Assembly: GCA_964247055.1 (NCBI GenBank)
Contig: OZ176057.1
Location: 434,001-498,000, forward strand
Direction of reading: 5' to 3'
From: Paragordius varius
Lineage: Eukaryota > Animalia > Nematomorpha
DNA length: 64,000 bases
Below are positions 1 to 14,169 of this stretch, piece after piece. Numbering within the stretch: position 1 is the first letter of the stretch; each line of letters opens with the position of its first letter. The notes below the pieces were generated by a model, which saw nothing but the letters and a program-made list of their open reading frames with translations, had not been told where the DNA came from and searched no databases. A program made the position numbers and the translations under genes.

Positions 1-1068
1 TTAAGTTTTTAGAAATCAGTATTATTGTATTGTCTAACTAGCCTTTACATTTTGAACAACCTTGAGCCGCCCGCATCGCATATATAATAAAACTTAAGTT
101 AATTAAAAAGTGGGCCTTTTGTGTTAAAGTTCGGCAAAAATATCTATGAAGCAAAATAAGAAAGCGTATTGGAATAAGGTGGGACTTATGTTGCCAAAAT
201 AAATCCCTTTTCTATCTTCGCTCTCAACCCTGAACGGACCTGTGCAAATGATTTCGTCATCCCTAATATAATTTGACCGTCTTAATTAATAGGGTGCATC
301 GAAATTATTTCAAATTTTTATGGAGTATATTAAAAATCTAAAATAAGCTTATATTAAATACTCTTTTATCTTTTGATCTTTTGACTCAAATATACTATTT
401 AATTTTAGCGATTAGAGCAATTCAATAAACTTTATTGTTGTCTGATGAAATGTTTACCTATTTAAAAAATGTAACTAAAGGGACTTTGCAATGGCTGCAG
501 GGAGTCTATAAGAGAGAGCCAAGCTTTTAATACCTTTGGGACGAAACAGGATATGTTCTTCATAAAATCATGTAAATTGTGTAAAAACATATAAAGACAA
601 TACAGTATCTGAGGAAGAAAAATGCAACTTATCCTTATTTCGCTCCAAAGGCAGTGTAAGCTTGGCTCTTCCTCCCAGTGTCCCTCCAAACCTTGCAGCC
701 AGAATTTGCCAACAAAGGTCGGCCTGCAAGTCACTGCAACGTATCTTCTGGTTACTTAACACGTAACTTATCAGATATCAATAAAATCTACTTAATTGCT
801 TTAATCCCTAGATTTATAATCTATTTAGGGAAACTCAAAAGATATTGCATATAAGTATAAGAATAATTTTTTAATCTGGCCTGTCACCCATTCACATCAT
901 TAGACGAATATTAATTTCTCAGACGCATATTTTTAAAACCCTTTACTTATATTATATAAATTTCATACAAATAATAGTAAATATGTGTTTAAATCTTACA
1001 TAAAAAGACAAACTAAAAATAATTAATTTGGTTATTCTTAATTTCTAAACACAATCCCGATTTAATAG

Positions 1069-4000
1069 ATGATCAAGCTGTTAATTTAGAACAGAATATA
1101 GTTGAGGCTGGAGATATAAAACCAACGAATTTGAGTAAGTTATTTATTTAGATTATATACTGCATTTTGTATAGATTTAAATGCTAAACTACTTAATATT
1201 GTAGACATTTTATTAAGTTTAGTATTCAAAGAAGGAACTACGTTTTATGTTGTTTAATTATATTATTGTGATATTTTTTGGAATAAAGCCTTTTAATCCA
1301 CTAAAATGTTTTATTAATATGTGCTCAAAGCGATTTTTAGAGTCAACAAAAGTGTAAATTCAAAAGGACCATATGAATCGTTATATATTTTGCCTTCTAT
1401 ATATTTTGTGACACTATATAATATTTATTTTTCCCTCGTAGCAATTTGGAATGGGAATCTTAGTATGCGTATATCATTATTTGTTAAAAAACCATATTAT
1501 TACTAATATTTATATATTCAATTTATTTTATTTATATACATCATCAATTAAGCTAACGATCATCCAAACGCAGTCAATAATTCAAACGTAAGTACAAGTT
1601 TCATACATCAATCATATTACACAATTAAGAAATAGTTTTAATATTATATAATATATTATATGGGTTTTTTCAAATCAGCCGTTAATAAAATTATTACTTT
1701 TACATCCATTATTTTTAGATATAATATTTTTCAGGATTTTTTTATTAAACTAAATAATTTTTTTGGATTTAAAATTTTAATTACAATAACAAGTTAATAT
1801 TTTTTCATTAAAATGCAGTTCAAATATAATTCATCTAAAAAAACTAATCACTAACAAAATTTTTGGGCTTACACTTTACTAACATTATAATGAATACTTA
1901 CCTCTTTTAAAATAAAGATTATTCATAAATTGGCACAAAGTATATCTAAGCCCCTTTTAACTCTGAAATATCACATCCAGAAATTCGATCTTATTATCAA
2001 TTTAAAAAAAAATCAACATAAATTAGATGAATTATTTCTTTTCCTAAGAACTTAATACTATTTTATTAAATTGATATAAAATGTTTTTTGTTATGAACAA
2101 CACTTAAAGATCAAAAGCTTTTTCGAAGTTATTTAATATATATTATTCGAAAATATCTAAAATCCTAGTACTTTTAAAATAAAAAGCTGAATTATTACAA
2201 ACTTATTTATTTATTTAATAGGGAGACATTTCCTACTCAAGTTATAAAATCAGGAAAAAGATTGGAAAAGGGTAATATCTTTATATATAATGGCAGTAAA
2301 AATCATATTATACACAAAAACATTAAAATTAACTGACAATTTTTACCATTATAAATCTTGTTGATCTTTTAACAACTCCTTACTTTCTAAGGTAGTTTTA
2401 TTTCTCAAACCAAAAATTTAAAATTTTAGTACATTTAAGCTATTTCGCCAAAGATATGTTCTTTAGTTTTAAAGCGCATGCTTCAAAACAAATTTTGAAA
2501 ATCTTATCTTAAACTTTTTCGCCGTTTGGCTAATATAACAGGCAAAAAATTGCATTTTAGAAATAATATTAACCGGCGGTTCACCAGCAATTGTTATTTA
2601 TTTATAAAATCAGTTGATCCTGGATTCGAAACTCTTAGGAGTTAAATTTAAGCATTTTAATACAGTCGAAGTGTTATTAACTTGGTAGGGAACGGAATTG
2701 AAAATATACAATCAATTATACATTTTAATTGAATAGTAGTTGGGGAAAATTAAAGTTTAAGTGTGATTGTCTTTTATATATATATATGGAAATATCAAAG
2801 CAAACGTATATTTATTTAATAAAGAGGCTTTGGTTCTGTCCTATTGGCAACTAATGCAGACGGTCAAAGTATTGCTATAAAGAAGCAAAAGCTAAAAAAT
2901 TCAGCTTTGAACAACGATCATATAAACGAATTATTTATGTTATCCAACCTTAAACATCCTAATATTGTACGATATTTGGGGGCTAGAATATATCCGACAA
3001 AACTTTTGGTATGGTATTTTAGAAATTTATTCTGCAATTGTCTTGTATCTAATATAATATAATATCTTTATTTTCTAATGAACAGATCTTTTTGGAATAT
3101 ATCGATGGAGTTACGCTAGATAAAATAGCTAAACTTGATCTTTCGGAAGAAATGATCGCAGGAATCGCCCAACAGGTAATTTAGTTTTTGGAATTTGTCC
3201 GAAGTTTACAAAATTACTAAAGTATTTATAAAATCGGATTTCATTAATTGTGATATATGTTTTATGTGGAAAAATCAAAAAAAATATATTTTTACAAATG
3301 AACTATAAAAATAGTCAAATTTATATTATAATGTTTTAACCTGCAAAGTGAATACGGACAATACGTAAAAATACATAGACAAATATTTTTATCTAAAAGA
3401 CAACCATACTTTTTAAAACCTTATTTTTTCTCATATAGGCTATATAGTTGCTATTATATAGAATTGATTATGTTAATAATATATATATTTCAGACTTTAA
3501 TAGTTAAAACAATGAGTTATATCGAAATAAATCAAGATGGTAGTCTTTTAAATATTTGTCTTTATATTTATACATTTTCTCGGTATACTTTCAGTTTTTA
3601 CTGTATTTTATAATTATTAGTTATCGTAATATATAAGATTAAAAGTATGGTGGATTTTTATTAAAAAAAATTCTCTTTTTTTACGTTTTGTCTGCATTGG
3701 CAATCCGGCCATCTCGATTGTATCGGTTAATTTTCTGAATAAAACCTATTTATGTGCCATAAGACTCATGAAATAAATTATAAAAAAAATCAAAAGCATG
3801 CATTTATTATTTTTCGCGCCTACTTTAGAATATATTTTAGAGCCTTAAAATATTACAAAACATTTCATTCATGGTATTTTATTTGTTTTAGACACTAATG
3901 GGCCTTGAGTATATTCATGCCAATAATATAATACACAGAGATTTGAAATGCAGCAACATCCTCGTAGACACCCATGGATGCGTGAAAATAAGTAATTTAA

Positions 4001-4721
4001 TTTCATTCCAAATTTATTTTTGGTGTATAAAATTGAAAAAGAATACACAAAACATATCTTAAATTTACAATTTTCTCCGATAATTTAGCACTTTATAATT
4101 TTTCCTAACATTCAAACATTGATAATGATATCAATAATCTATTGATTAGTTGACTTTGGCCTAGCATGCTACCATTCAACTAATTTCGCTCCAGACATAG
4201 TCGGAACGCCATTTTACATGGCCTACGACATGCTCTGTCGAGCTTCCTATAATTGCAAAGTCGACATCTGGTCCTTTGGCATTATACTAATCAAATTAGT
4301 TGAGGGAAAGCCTCCATATGCTGACATGGAGTGGAGCCAGGTAATTATATTACTTAAAACGTAATTTTTCTACCTTCATTTTTTGTTAGGTTTTACAGAT
4401 TATCGTCAAAACAGGGACACCAACCCTTCCGAAATCCATTTCAAAAGCTTTTACGGATTTTTTGCAAAATTCATTGCGCAAGGAGGCCACCGATCGATGG
4501 TCGGCCAATGATTTGCTGCGGGTATACATCTTATAGATTTATTAATTCACTAAGTTACTAATTATATGTTTTAAGCTAAAATATATAACCAAATACTTTT
4601 TTGGTAGCACCCTTTTTTAGAACAAGCATGGACACCGGATTTTCTGAGGCTTATAGTTCATTACATCACAGCTAAAAGTGAACGTCATTCAATCGTGTGT
4701 GAACTTACTCCGCCAACATAA
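1069..4721 (+). CDS. STE20/PAK-like Ser/Thr kinase, 5' end not located; exons 1069-1134, 1553-1587, 2222-2271, 2825-3008, 3086-3175, 3892-3991, 4150-4340, 4390-4521, 4608-4721
   Basis: GT-AG exons join in phase and give KIGKGGFGSV (Gly loop), IAIKK, NELFML (alphaC Glu), [61 protein letters not shown] and TAA at 4719-4721. The KVDIWS/EGxPPY pattern is PAK/STE20-like. Exon 1069 has an in-frame stop upstream and no ATG, so more 5' exons must exist. Confidence 0.9.
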
Positions 4722-5244
4722 TTGTTGGAAAAAAATTTCAAACTACTTACTAAAAAATGCATTTCCAATAACATCTCAATAGATCTAATAGTAAAGATAG
4801 AATTTTCTCCTGGCAATACGTAAGCCACGAATGAAGTTTTTATAAGAAATGATTTTATTTTGTCGTGTTGGATATTATCGATTTCAAAATACGCCTAAAC
4901 AAATACAGAAAAAATCAAATTTTGATTGAATTCATATAATATGGATCAAGCTGGTTTTTTTTTCTTAAAATTGGCAATAAATAGATTGAACAGCTCCTTC
5001 CCTTATATGCAGCATTGTCAATGCTCTAAGTATCCAAAAAACATCCAAAATTTTTTTATTTTAAAAAGTATAAACAATCTAAACCGTCTAAATTTGTCCT
5101 TATATAACACAACATTGCTACAGTATTTAAATAACAACGGTCGGTATGCCATTATACAAAAAAACCGCTATAGAAATCTTACAACATTGCTTAACAACCG
5201 CCACATTCCTAATATTAAATAATGTTTTATCCAATAAAAAAAAG

Positions 5245-6217
5245 TCTAAATTTGTCCTTTTACCCACAAAATTGCTCTACCATATCCTATAAATAACCGT
5301 CGATATGCTTTACAATTAAAAAACCGCAAAATATGTCCAACCATTTTGCTTTGCAACCAAATAAAACCGCCACCCTGCTAATTTTAAAGAATATTTTATA
5401 AAATCTACAAAACCGACAAAGTTGTTTTTTTAGCCACAAAATTGCTTTACCATATCCTATAAACAACCGTCGATATGCTTTACAATTAAAAAACCGCAAA
5501 ATATGTCCAACCATTTTGCTTTGCAACCAAATAAAACCGCCACCCTGCTAATTTTAAAGAATATTTTATAAAATCTACAAAACCGACAAAGTTGTTTTTT
5601 TAGCCACAAATTTGCTCTACCATATCCTATAAACAACTGTCGATATGCTTTACAATTAAAAAACCGCAAAATATGTCCAACCATATTGCTTTGCAACCAA
5701 ATAAAACCGCCACTCTTCTAATTTTTAAGAATATTTTATAAAATCTAAACCGACAAAGTTGTTTTTTTAGCCACAAATTTGCTCTACCATATCCTATAAA
5801 CAACCGTCGATATGCTTTACAATTAAAAAACCGCAAAATATGTCCAACCATTTTGCTTTGCAACCAAATAAAACCGCCACCCTGCTAATTTTAAAGAATA
5901 TTTTATAAAATCTACAAAACCGACAAAGTTGTTTTTTTAGCCACAAATTTGCTCTACCATATCCTATAAACCGTCGATATGCTTTACAATTAAAAAACCG
6001 CAAAATATGTCCAACCATTTTGCTTTGCAACCAAATAAAACCGCCACCCTGCTAATTTTAAAGAATATTTTATAAAATCTACAAAACCGACAAAGTTGTC
6101 TTTTTAGCCACAAAATTGCTCTACCATATCCTATAAATAACCGTCGATATGCTTTACAATTAAAAAACCGCAAAATATGTCCAACCATATTGCTTTACAA
6201 CCAAATAAAACCGCCAC
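5245..6217. repeat. Tandem satellite, ~167-170-bp unit, ~5.5 near-identical copies with degenerate flanking copies (~5075-5245, ~6220-6350)
   Basis: The unit aaccgtcgatatgctttacaattaaaaaaccgcaaaatatgtccaacc...ctaccatatcctataa recurs. The repeated minus-strand ORF starts (5526, 5696, 5863, 6030) are spaced 170/167/167 bp. Confidence 0.97.
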
Positions 6218-9200
6218 ATACAATCTAAAAAAGCCGTTAAATCCTTATATCCCACCCATTGCTTCAAAAGTCAAATAAAAATCGCAATATACTACCGTCA
6301 TTAATAATGTTTTGTAGTATCTAAAAAAACATCTAAAAACCGCAAAAATGTTGATAGTTAATTAAATATCTATTTTGAACCTTTAAATGGTAATAAATCC
6401 AATAAACACAAATGATCGTAGTATATGTCATGTTTTTCTACAGTTATACTTTTTAAGCTGTAACATTCTAATTTTCAATACTTTGCACTGCATATTTGTT
6501 ATCTTACCTTAAGGTTTCTCTTTTTTCACATTTAAAACTTAAATGGTTTGGCCCGTATAAAAAAATTGAACAATAAAATTTATTACTTCTACAACATTAA
6601 TGAAATATCGAGCTAAAAATTAAAAATCATAGATTAACTTGTAGTGTATTAAAAATTTAATTACAAGGCATTTCAACTGAAATCGTTACGATACCACATT
6701 CCTAACACCAGAGAAATTAAGATGCAGCCGATTATGTTTGTAATCCAAAATATTTAATATAACCTTAATTTTTTAGCTATATTAAAGAGTATTCTATAAC
6801 TTTTTAAGATTCTCTAAGCCTATCGCGATCAGTTGATTGATTATCAACGATATCGGAAAATTGTGTAAAATAGTATACGAAATATATTTTTTCGCAATCC
6901 TCTAAATTTCGCCAAGTACACATATTCAGTTAAAAATAGATTAACTATTTATAATGATCATAAAATAAGAGGATTAATACTTAAGTTATATATATTAATT
7001 TATGTCAACTAAATATAACCACAAATATATATTGTTGATTGCGTGTACTAAATACACGGATTAAACATTAGCGAAAAAATTATTTCACGAATTCTATTGT
7101 TTATATGGTCATTGGTTTTACAATAACGAATTAGCGAACAATTATAATTGTATGAGAATATATTACAGATATAAATAAATAAAATTTATTTTATAAAATC
7201 AAATATAATATTGTTAAGAAGGGATTAATTTTTATGGAAAACATTCAAAAAATAGCTCTGATGTTTGGAAATGTTTTAAGAGTTACGGAACTAAAAAATT
7301 TAGGACACTTTTTTCCATTAAATTTCATTCTCTTTATATCAACCAAATATGAATAGGTTGAATTAAATATTTAATAAACATTGTATAACATTCATGTGTA
7401 TTTGAGTGGTGTCCAACAGCGGGCCGCGAATGAAATCCATAATCCCATACACAAAAGCTCAGTAAAATTGATAATATATGACTTAAAAAACTTGAAAGTC
7501 TAGTCAAAAGTTTGTTATCACCCCACCCTTTATGTAGGCCCTCAAAGTCTCATATTTTTCTACCTCCGAAAATGAGCTATCATAAAAATTGCGCAAAAAT
7601 GATGAGATTTTATTATAAAATTTTTAAATATTGCTCTTTGCGGCATGAAAACAATTATTTAGAAAATGCCTACATAGGTTAAAAATTAAATTTAATTTTG
7701 ATAAAACGTACTTTATGCTGTTTTGAGGCTCGATGGAAACGATATAAAAACGTTTTATGAATTTAAAATAAACACTATTTTTATAATAAAGTGTCCACAA
7801 AAATATATTTAATATTAATAAAAAATGTATCAGGATATTTAAAAAAGTTATTAAGACTTTTGTGGTAACTCCTTTATATCAAAAAATGAAATAATTTATG
7901 TTTTGGTAAAAGCTAGCTAAAAAATATAACTTTATTATTATATTACTCTACATATAAAAACAAAGCTATAACTATAAAATTTTTAAGTTAGATGAGACCG
8001 AATGTTACAAATTACCATATAAATTAAAGGCAGCTGATATCGCTGATATAAATTTTATATGTTAAATATTGTCAAAAAAAGTTTTTGAGTAAAAAATATT
8101 TCGCTTAATGTTTTAATTTATGGAAAATATTGGTGAAGTGACTTTAATGGAAACATACGAAATATATAAACACTAGACACTTTTTTATAGGTGCTGAATA
8201 TATCCATCAATCATCTCTGAATTTAAAAGTTCGTTTGCTTTTGAGAGATTTTTAAAAATTAATAATTTATCTTAATTTAAAGACGATGGAATATTTTAAT
8301 CGAAAATTTTGCGTATTAGGAGAGCCTAAAGCGTTTTATACAGTTTCCATCATGCCTTTTTTGTATGCATTTTTGATGCCATTATCTAGCCTATAAAAGG
8401 GATATATTTCACTTGTTCAGAAAATATCTGATTTTGGAAGGGCGAAAATTTTTTTGTATCTTGTTTATATATTTAATTAATATTTGAATAAAGCTTATAG
8501 ATTTAGCAAAAAATTTATTTAACTAAATGTGAGCAATTTTTGCCATTTTCTCATATGAAGCACTTAAATTTAGGGCCATAACCTAAAGCACCATAAGATT
8601 ACATATATCTTTTAGAATATATATCAGGATATCTTTTCATGAAATCTGTGTTTAATAACATAAATAGATTGGCTTTTAGTATCTTTTAATAACATAAAAT
8701 AGTTGGCCTGCAGTGGCCTACAATTCAAATTGAAATAAAAAGATGCACATTTAAAACTAAATTTTAGATATATTGATTTCGGCACAATTTTGAAATCTAC
8801 ATAACAACTTTAAACCCTAAATTTTTTGATTTTGAAAATAAAATCTCATAAACAAAAACAGAGATTTATAAGAAAAAACAAAATATCATTAAATTTAACT
8901 AGAATTAGATGTTAAAGATCTTGCCAATAACAAGAATATTTAAACCTGGCGGGATTATTTTCATTTATTGATAATAAACACTGGGACTCGCATTAATTGA
9001 CAAAATGACGCAGTATATGCTATAAACTTCTCACAAACGCAAATATTCAAGATAAAAACATAGCTATTAAACTCATGGATGACACTCTTTATTTAAAAAA
9101 AATCGAAATTAATTGTGTTAAACATGGAAAGGCCTCATAAAGCTTTTCTCCCAAAAAATCACAAAGCGGGCATGGACACTTTAACCATAGCTCTTACAAT

Positions 9201-10099
9201 GATGCATCAGTGGTGAAAATACGGGGACCCAGAGGTAGCTCTGCGGGGGACCCCAAGGCAAAATAGGCTTTTATATTTCTATTATTACCTGAATTATGGG
9301 CCCCCTTTTTATTTTGCATTTTATTTTTTTTTTAATTTTCAGTATATGCAAGTAAAGATTGCTTGATTTTAATTATACTCAAGAATTATTATTGTGAAGC
9401 AAAATTATGCATTTTTTTACTATCTCTATACGCGGTTTTATTATAAGTAGATAATTAATCCATTTCATCTTGAATTCTACCCAATAGTGAATTCAAAAAA
9501 TTAATATATGGACAGTTGATACCAAAAATAGAGTGAAGATTTTCAAGGCGTAGAGGAGCTTTAAATTTTAAGGATTTAAGCAAATGACAGCGGTATTTAT
9601 TCCTCTCTGTTAAATAATTACATTCTATTTATATTATTATTCAAATCTCATTTCCTATAATATATTATAGTAAATATGTTTTGCTTTTAAAAACTTCGAT
9701 TCAAATTGGGGTATCAAGTGACCTCAGACTATATTTAAGTTAATAAAAATAGAAGAAACGGCGTTATTTATGCATTTATCCTAACATAAATTGTATTAAT
9801 TAATCAAATTATCTAATTTAGTTGAAAAGAAAAGTTCCATAATAAACTACTACGACACCATTTTTATTTCACAAAAATTCGGAAATATCGTTTTTTTTAT
9901 TTTAACGCTAAAATTAAAGTATTTTTTATTTATCGAAACTAAAATTAATAAAAACAGAAAAAATGGTTTGTTTTGTATTTATATTTACTTAATCCATATC
10001 ATGTTGATTAATTAACCTTGAGGTATCTATAAAATAAGTAAAATCATGTTTATTAACACTTCATTACCTTTTAGTTTTTGTCCTATTTACCTTTTGTGG

Positions 10100-10462
10100 C
10101 AGTTTTATATCGAGCCCATTGCGAATGATATATATTTTTCGAGGGTATTTTAATTAATATTTAATTATCAAACATTGTTTTCATGTATTAGCTGGAAAAG
10201 CATATCATATTTACAGAAATACATTTACATCATTGTTTTAGATTAAATCTTCGAAAGATTTAATTTGCGCTTTTTCGACAAATGATATACATGGCTATAT
10301 GAAATAATTAAAAAATTGGTGTTTAATGTTAAATCGGGGCTTAAAATGTTAGAATTATAAATTTATAGGTGTTAGACCATTTTTTTACATTTATACATTA
10401 ATGAAATAAATTTCAAATTTACAAAAATGGCACTAAAAAAGGTCAAAATTTGTTGTCTAGTG
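10100..10462. mobile_element. Right-end fragment of the CACTAG-terminated (CACTA-like) element family
   Basis: Ends ...aaaatttgttgtctagtg and resembles 21060-21317 (tttaatgttaaatcgggg, tagacca, aaatttacaa.aatggca). Confidence 0.7.
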
Positions 10463-10713
10463 ATAATTTAAAATATAATGGGACTTAAAAATCATATCCA
10501 TTAAAAATTATTTATATAATCGTAATATGTAAGAAAAAATATTTCTTAATCCATGTTCGAATCGTAAGTTCAAATCCAAATGCAGGTCTAATTCGTACTT
10601 AGTTATGTGTCATAAGCAATAATAAATTGCAAATGAATATTTCTGGCACACATTAATACCCAAAATCGAGTATAACATTGCGTCCGAAATTGGAGGTATT
10701 AAAAAATAAACTG

Positions 10714-12360
10714 AGGAAATATATATTCTGATCGAAAGATGTATCAGGGTTATCATGGTGCTTTTAGTTTTGGCCTTAAGAATGATATAACAAAGTTATT
10801 TGGACTTTGTGCTAAGTCCTACTACATATCAAAAAATGGCAAAATTGATATTTTTAATAAAATTTTTTATGGTAAAATCTAAATGCTTCCTTCCAAAAAT
10901 ATCACTTAAACATATTATATATTTCATATAAAGAGCAAATCCATATAAAAAAATTGTTGGCTTCTAAATTTCAAATTTTTTCGCTCTTCTAAAATGGGTT
11001 CTTTAAATAAACAGAGAATGTCGAGATTGCAATTTCAAATATACCATTTGCACTTCAAGAGTGTCCTTGAACACTTTAAGTTGGTCCTTGAACACTTCAA
11101 GTTGGTATGGGCTGGCCCCTGCACACTTGTCCTTCGACAATTTGTTTTATTTTTAAATTTTATCAATCAAATCATATATCGATCTAATTTATCATATTTA
11201 ACCTATTTAAATTTACGTGCTCTTTTAATCTATCAGAAGCTATAATTTCTAATTTTTTAAAAATTATTTTAAATATTCATAAAATTTTAACACGTAATTA
11301 AAAATTTTCTGGGTTATTATTACATGTCATTTAAAACATTTATAAGTTAAAATTTTTAAAATGGAAAACATTAGTTTGAAACACAAGTGGTTTTAAATAA
11401 AATTTTTTATTTCCTGATAAACAGATATATAATGATTTAAAAAAATTGGAATTAAAAAATAAAATATATAAATTGCAAAAATCATGGTTAAATTAAAACC
11501 TAAAAATTTCAAGGACCAACTTTAGGTGTTTAAACCAAATTGCAATTCAAGGCTTAAATTATTCATCACCCTTCAAATACAAATTGAAATTGTTGAATTG
11601 GAAAAAATTAGTTCATAATATTTGAGGAAAATTTAAATTTTAAATAAATAAATATATAAGAAATCGAGAATTAGGTTAAAAAAATGTTAAAATTGAAAAA
11701 AAAAAATTTAGGACCAACTTGAAGTGTTTAAGGTCCAATGACTTGACTAACTTGAAGTGTTCAAGGACACTCTTGAAGTGCAAATTTTATATCCACTAAA
11801 ATTTTTTTAAAAAAAAAATTTTTTTTAAAAATTTAATTTTAAGCAAAATTTTGTTGAATTACTATTTTTAGCCATTATGGAAACGGTATATAAACGCTTT
11901 AAAAAATTATAAAACCACTTTTTATATATATTTCCGATAAAGATGAACGTTCTCTCGCTTCATAATTTCAATATGAAGGTTTGTTTGCTTTCTAATTTTG
12001 GTGTTTTATAAATTCACAATTTATATTTAAAATAATCTTGAAGGCAAAAGAATATTTTAATCAAAAACTAGAGGTGATGGAAATGTGCTGCACCATAGCT
12101 TTATATAGAAAAAGTGTTAATATTATGAAGCGTTTTATTATCATGCCTTAAAAGGACAATTTCACTTCAAGCAAAATACCAATTGTCAAAATATAGCATA
12201 TCTATAAAAATTTTATCGCGCAATTTCGTCATTTTTGCGTTTAAATAGAACTATTCCATTTAAGAAGAGCGAAAAAATTTGGAACTTTCAGAGCCAACAT
12301 CCTAAAATTAAATTTTTAAAAATATTGTGTTGCTTTTATACATACTTAATGATATATTTT
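10714..12360. mobile_element. Composite non-autonomous TIR element ('family B') with a ~750-bp nested inverted-repeat element at ~11040-11790
   Basis: 10955-11000 is inverted relative to 12255-12300. The inner element has inverted arms atttgcacttcaagagtgtccttgaacac (11047) and gtgttcaaggacactcttgaagtgcaaat (~11785), with tandem subrepeats. The same composite junction recurs at ~26640-27087. Boundaries are approximate. Confidence 0.7.
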
Positions 12361-12363
12361 TAC

Positions 12364-13100
12364 AGGTAATTAAATACTTAAAATTTTAATTATTCTACCT
12401 TCATTTTATGTTTGATCAAAAAATCATTGAAATAGGGATTCCCACCATGCCCGAATCTATTTCTACAGCTTTAACTGATTTTTGGCATAACTTTTTGCGC
12501 AAAGAGGCCATCGATCGATAGTCGGTCAATGACTTGCTGCGGATGCAGTTCTCATAGATTTAATAATTCACTCTTTCTAATTATATAAGTTTTACGCTAA
12601 AATATATAACCAAATACTTTTTTTGGTAGCACCCTTTTTTAGAACAAGCATGGACACCGGATTTTCTGAAGCTTATAGTTCATTACATCACAGCTAAAAA
12701 TCAACGTCATTTAATCGTGTGTGAACTTACTCCGCCAACATAATTGTATGAATCCAATTACAAACTACTTTACTCAAAAATGCATTCCTAATAACATCTT
12801 AATAGATCTAATATGAAATATCCTGGGAATACTTGAGCAACTATTGTTTTATATTGTTTTATATTATTTTGTATAAAATTGTCAGGATAAATATAGCCAA
12901 ATCGAAAGAAATGATTTTATATGTGCTTCTTTTTTTTGCCAGTGTTGGATGTTAAATATCGTTTTTTAAAATACGCCTAAAGGAATAACCTAGAAAAAAC
13001 ACGTGGATTAAATTTACATAAATTAGGCCTCTTTTCTTGAAATTGGAAATAATCAAAATAAATTAAACAGCCTCCCCTATATGCTTAATGTCAATGCCTT
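12364..13100 (+). pseudogene. Partial duplicate of the kinase 3' end (last two exons, introns, 3' flank)
   Basis: Matches ~4338-5040. The penultimate-exon copy has TGG>TAG (12519-12521), a donor changed GT>AT (12543) and no acceptor. The last-exon copy 12630-12743 is intact (4 differences in 114 nt). Confidence 0.9.
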
Positions 13101-13139
13101 TAATTAATCAAATAAAAACGCCCCCATCTACTTATTTTA

Positions 13140-13500
13140 ATTAATAATAATGGTTTTATACAATCTAAAAAACCGCCAAATACGTCCCACATCATTGCTT
13201 TACAACCAAACAACCGCCGCTCTCCTAATTTCAAAGAATATTTTATACAATCAAAAAACCGAAAAATTTGTCCTTCTATCGCAAACATTGCTTCACAATA
13301 CCCTATTAATAACCGTCGATATGCTTTTATACAATAAAAAAACCGCAAATATACCCACAATATTGCTTTACAGCCAAACAATCGCCGCTCTCCTTATTTA
13401 AAACAATATTTTACACAATCCAAAAAACCGCCAAATTTGTCCTTATATCTTACCACATGTACAATATTCAAATAATAATCGCCGTAATTACCGCCAACTT
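13140..13500. repeat. Two or more degenerate units of the 170-bp satellite
   Basis: Contains aaccgtcgatatgcttt, aaaaaccgcaaat and aaccgcc motifs in the same order as 5245-6217. Confidence 0.8.
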
Positions 13501-14169
13501 GCTGTACTAAACTCATTGAATAATATAAAATAAATATAATTAATTTTTCGGGAATATATATAAAATTAATTTTTCATTAACTTGTTTATTTATTGTTTGC
13601 CGAGACTTTGCCATACTTTAGGCCAGCAACTATTAATATACAGATAAAAGTAATATATATACAGCTGATAAATTACGAATTTTTCGTTATGCCTTCATAT
13701 AAACCAATTTTTTTACCACCAAAACTTTTTAATTTTGCTAAAAACTGTGTTTTGGGTTGCATAAAAGTTTTCGTTAAAAATGGAGATTACTCGTAAGGGC
13801 CCACTTAGGCAAAAGAAGCATGTGCAGGGATAGTTAAAGACATTTTTATCTTCCTTTTAAAAACAAGACATTTGCCCCAATTTTTATCCTCACTCAAACG
13901 CATATGAATTTTTATTATGCTACAGCGACAAATGACATGGAACAGCTTGCATAAAAAACGAAAAATATAAGCAAATTTTTTACGATTTACACAAAAAATG
14001 TTATTATACGGACAACATGTGAAAATTAAAAGATATTATTTAATAGACAACGATTAAACCTTAAATTTTTAAATAACCCATCATTTTGGTATTTGAGAAG
14101 GAGTAGTGGTGTTAATTGCTAATACACACAATGTTACACAGCGTCCACAAAAAATAGCCTAAGAAATAT

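Noticed and set aside
462-762. Overlapping minus-strand ORFs or possible upstream kinase exons
   Set aside because: There is only a faint resemblance to L1/Tx1 C-terminal motifs (KLTLP, KVLKAW), and I could not build a phase-consistent link to exon 1069. Left unassigned.
5287-6188. Five repeated ~79-aa minus-strand ORFs (MQSKMVGHIL...CRFCRF)
   Set aside because: They are translations of the 167-170-bp satellite. The unit is not a multiple of 3, so no repeat protein is maintained.
11040-11790. CRISPR-like array from the ~21-bp repeats (also 26740-26900 and 46240-46320)
   Set aside because: The repeats are adjacent without unique spacers, lie in transposon TIR arms, and the context is eukaryotic with no cas genes.
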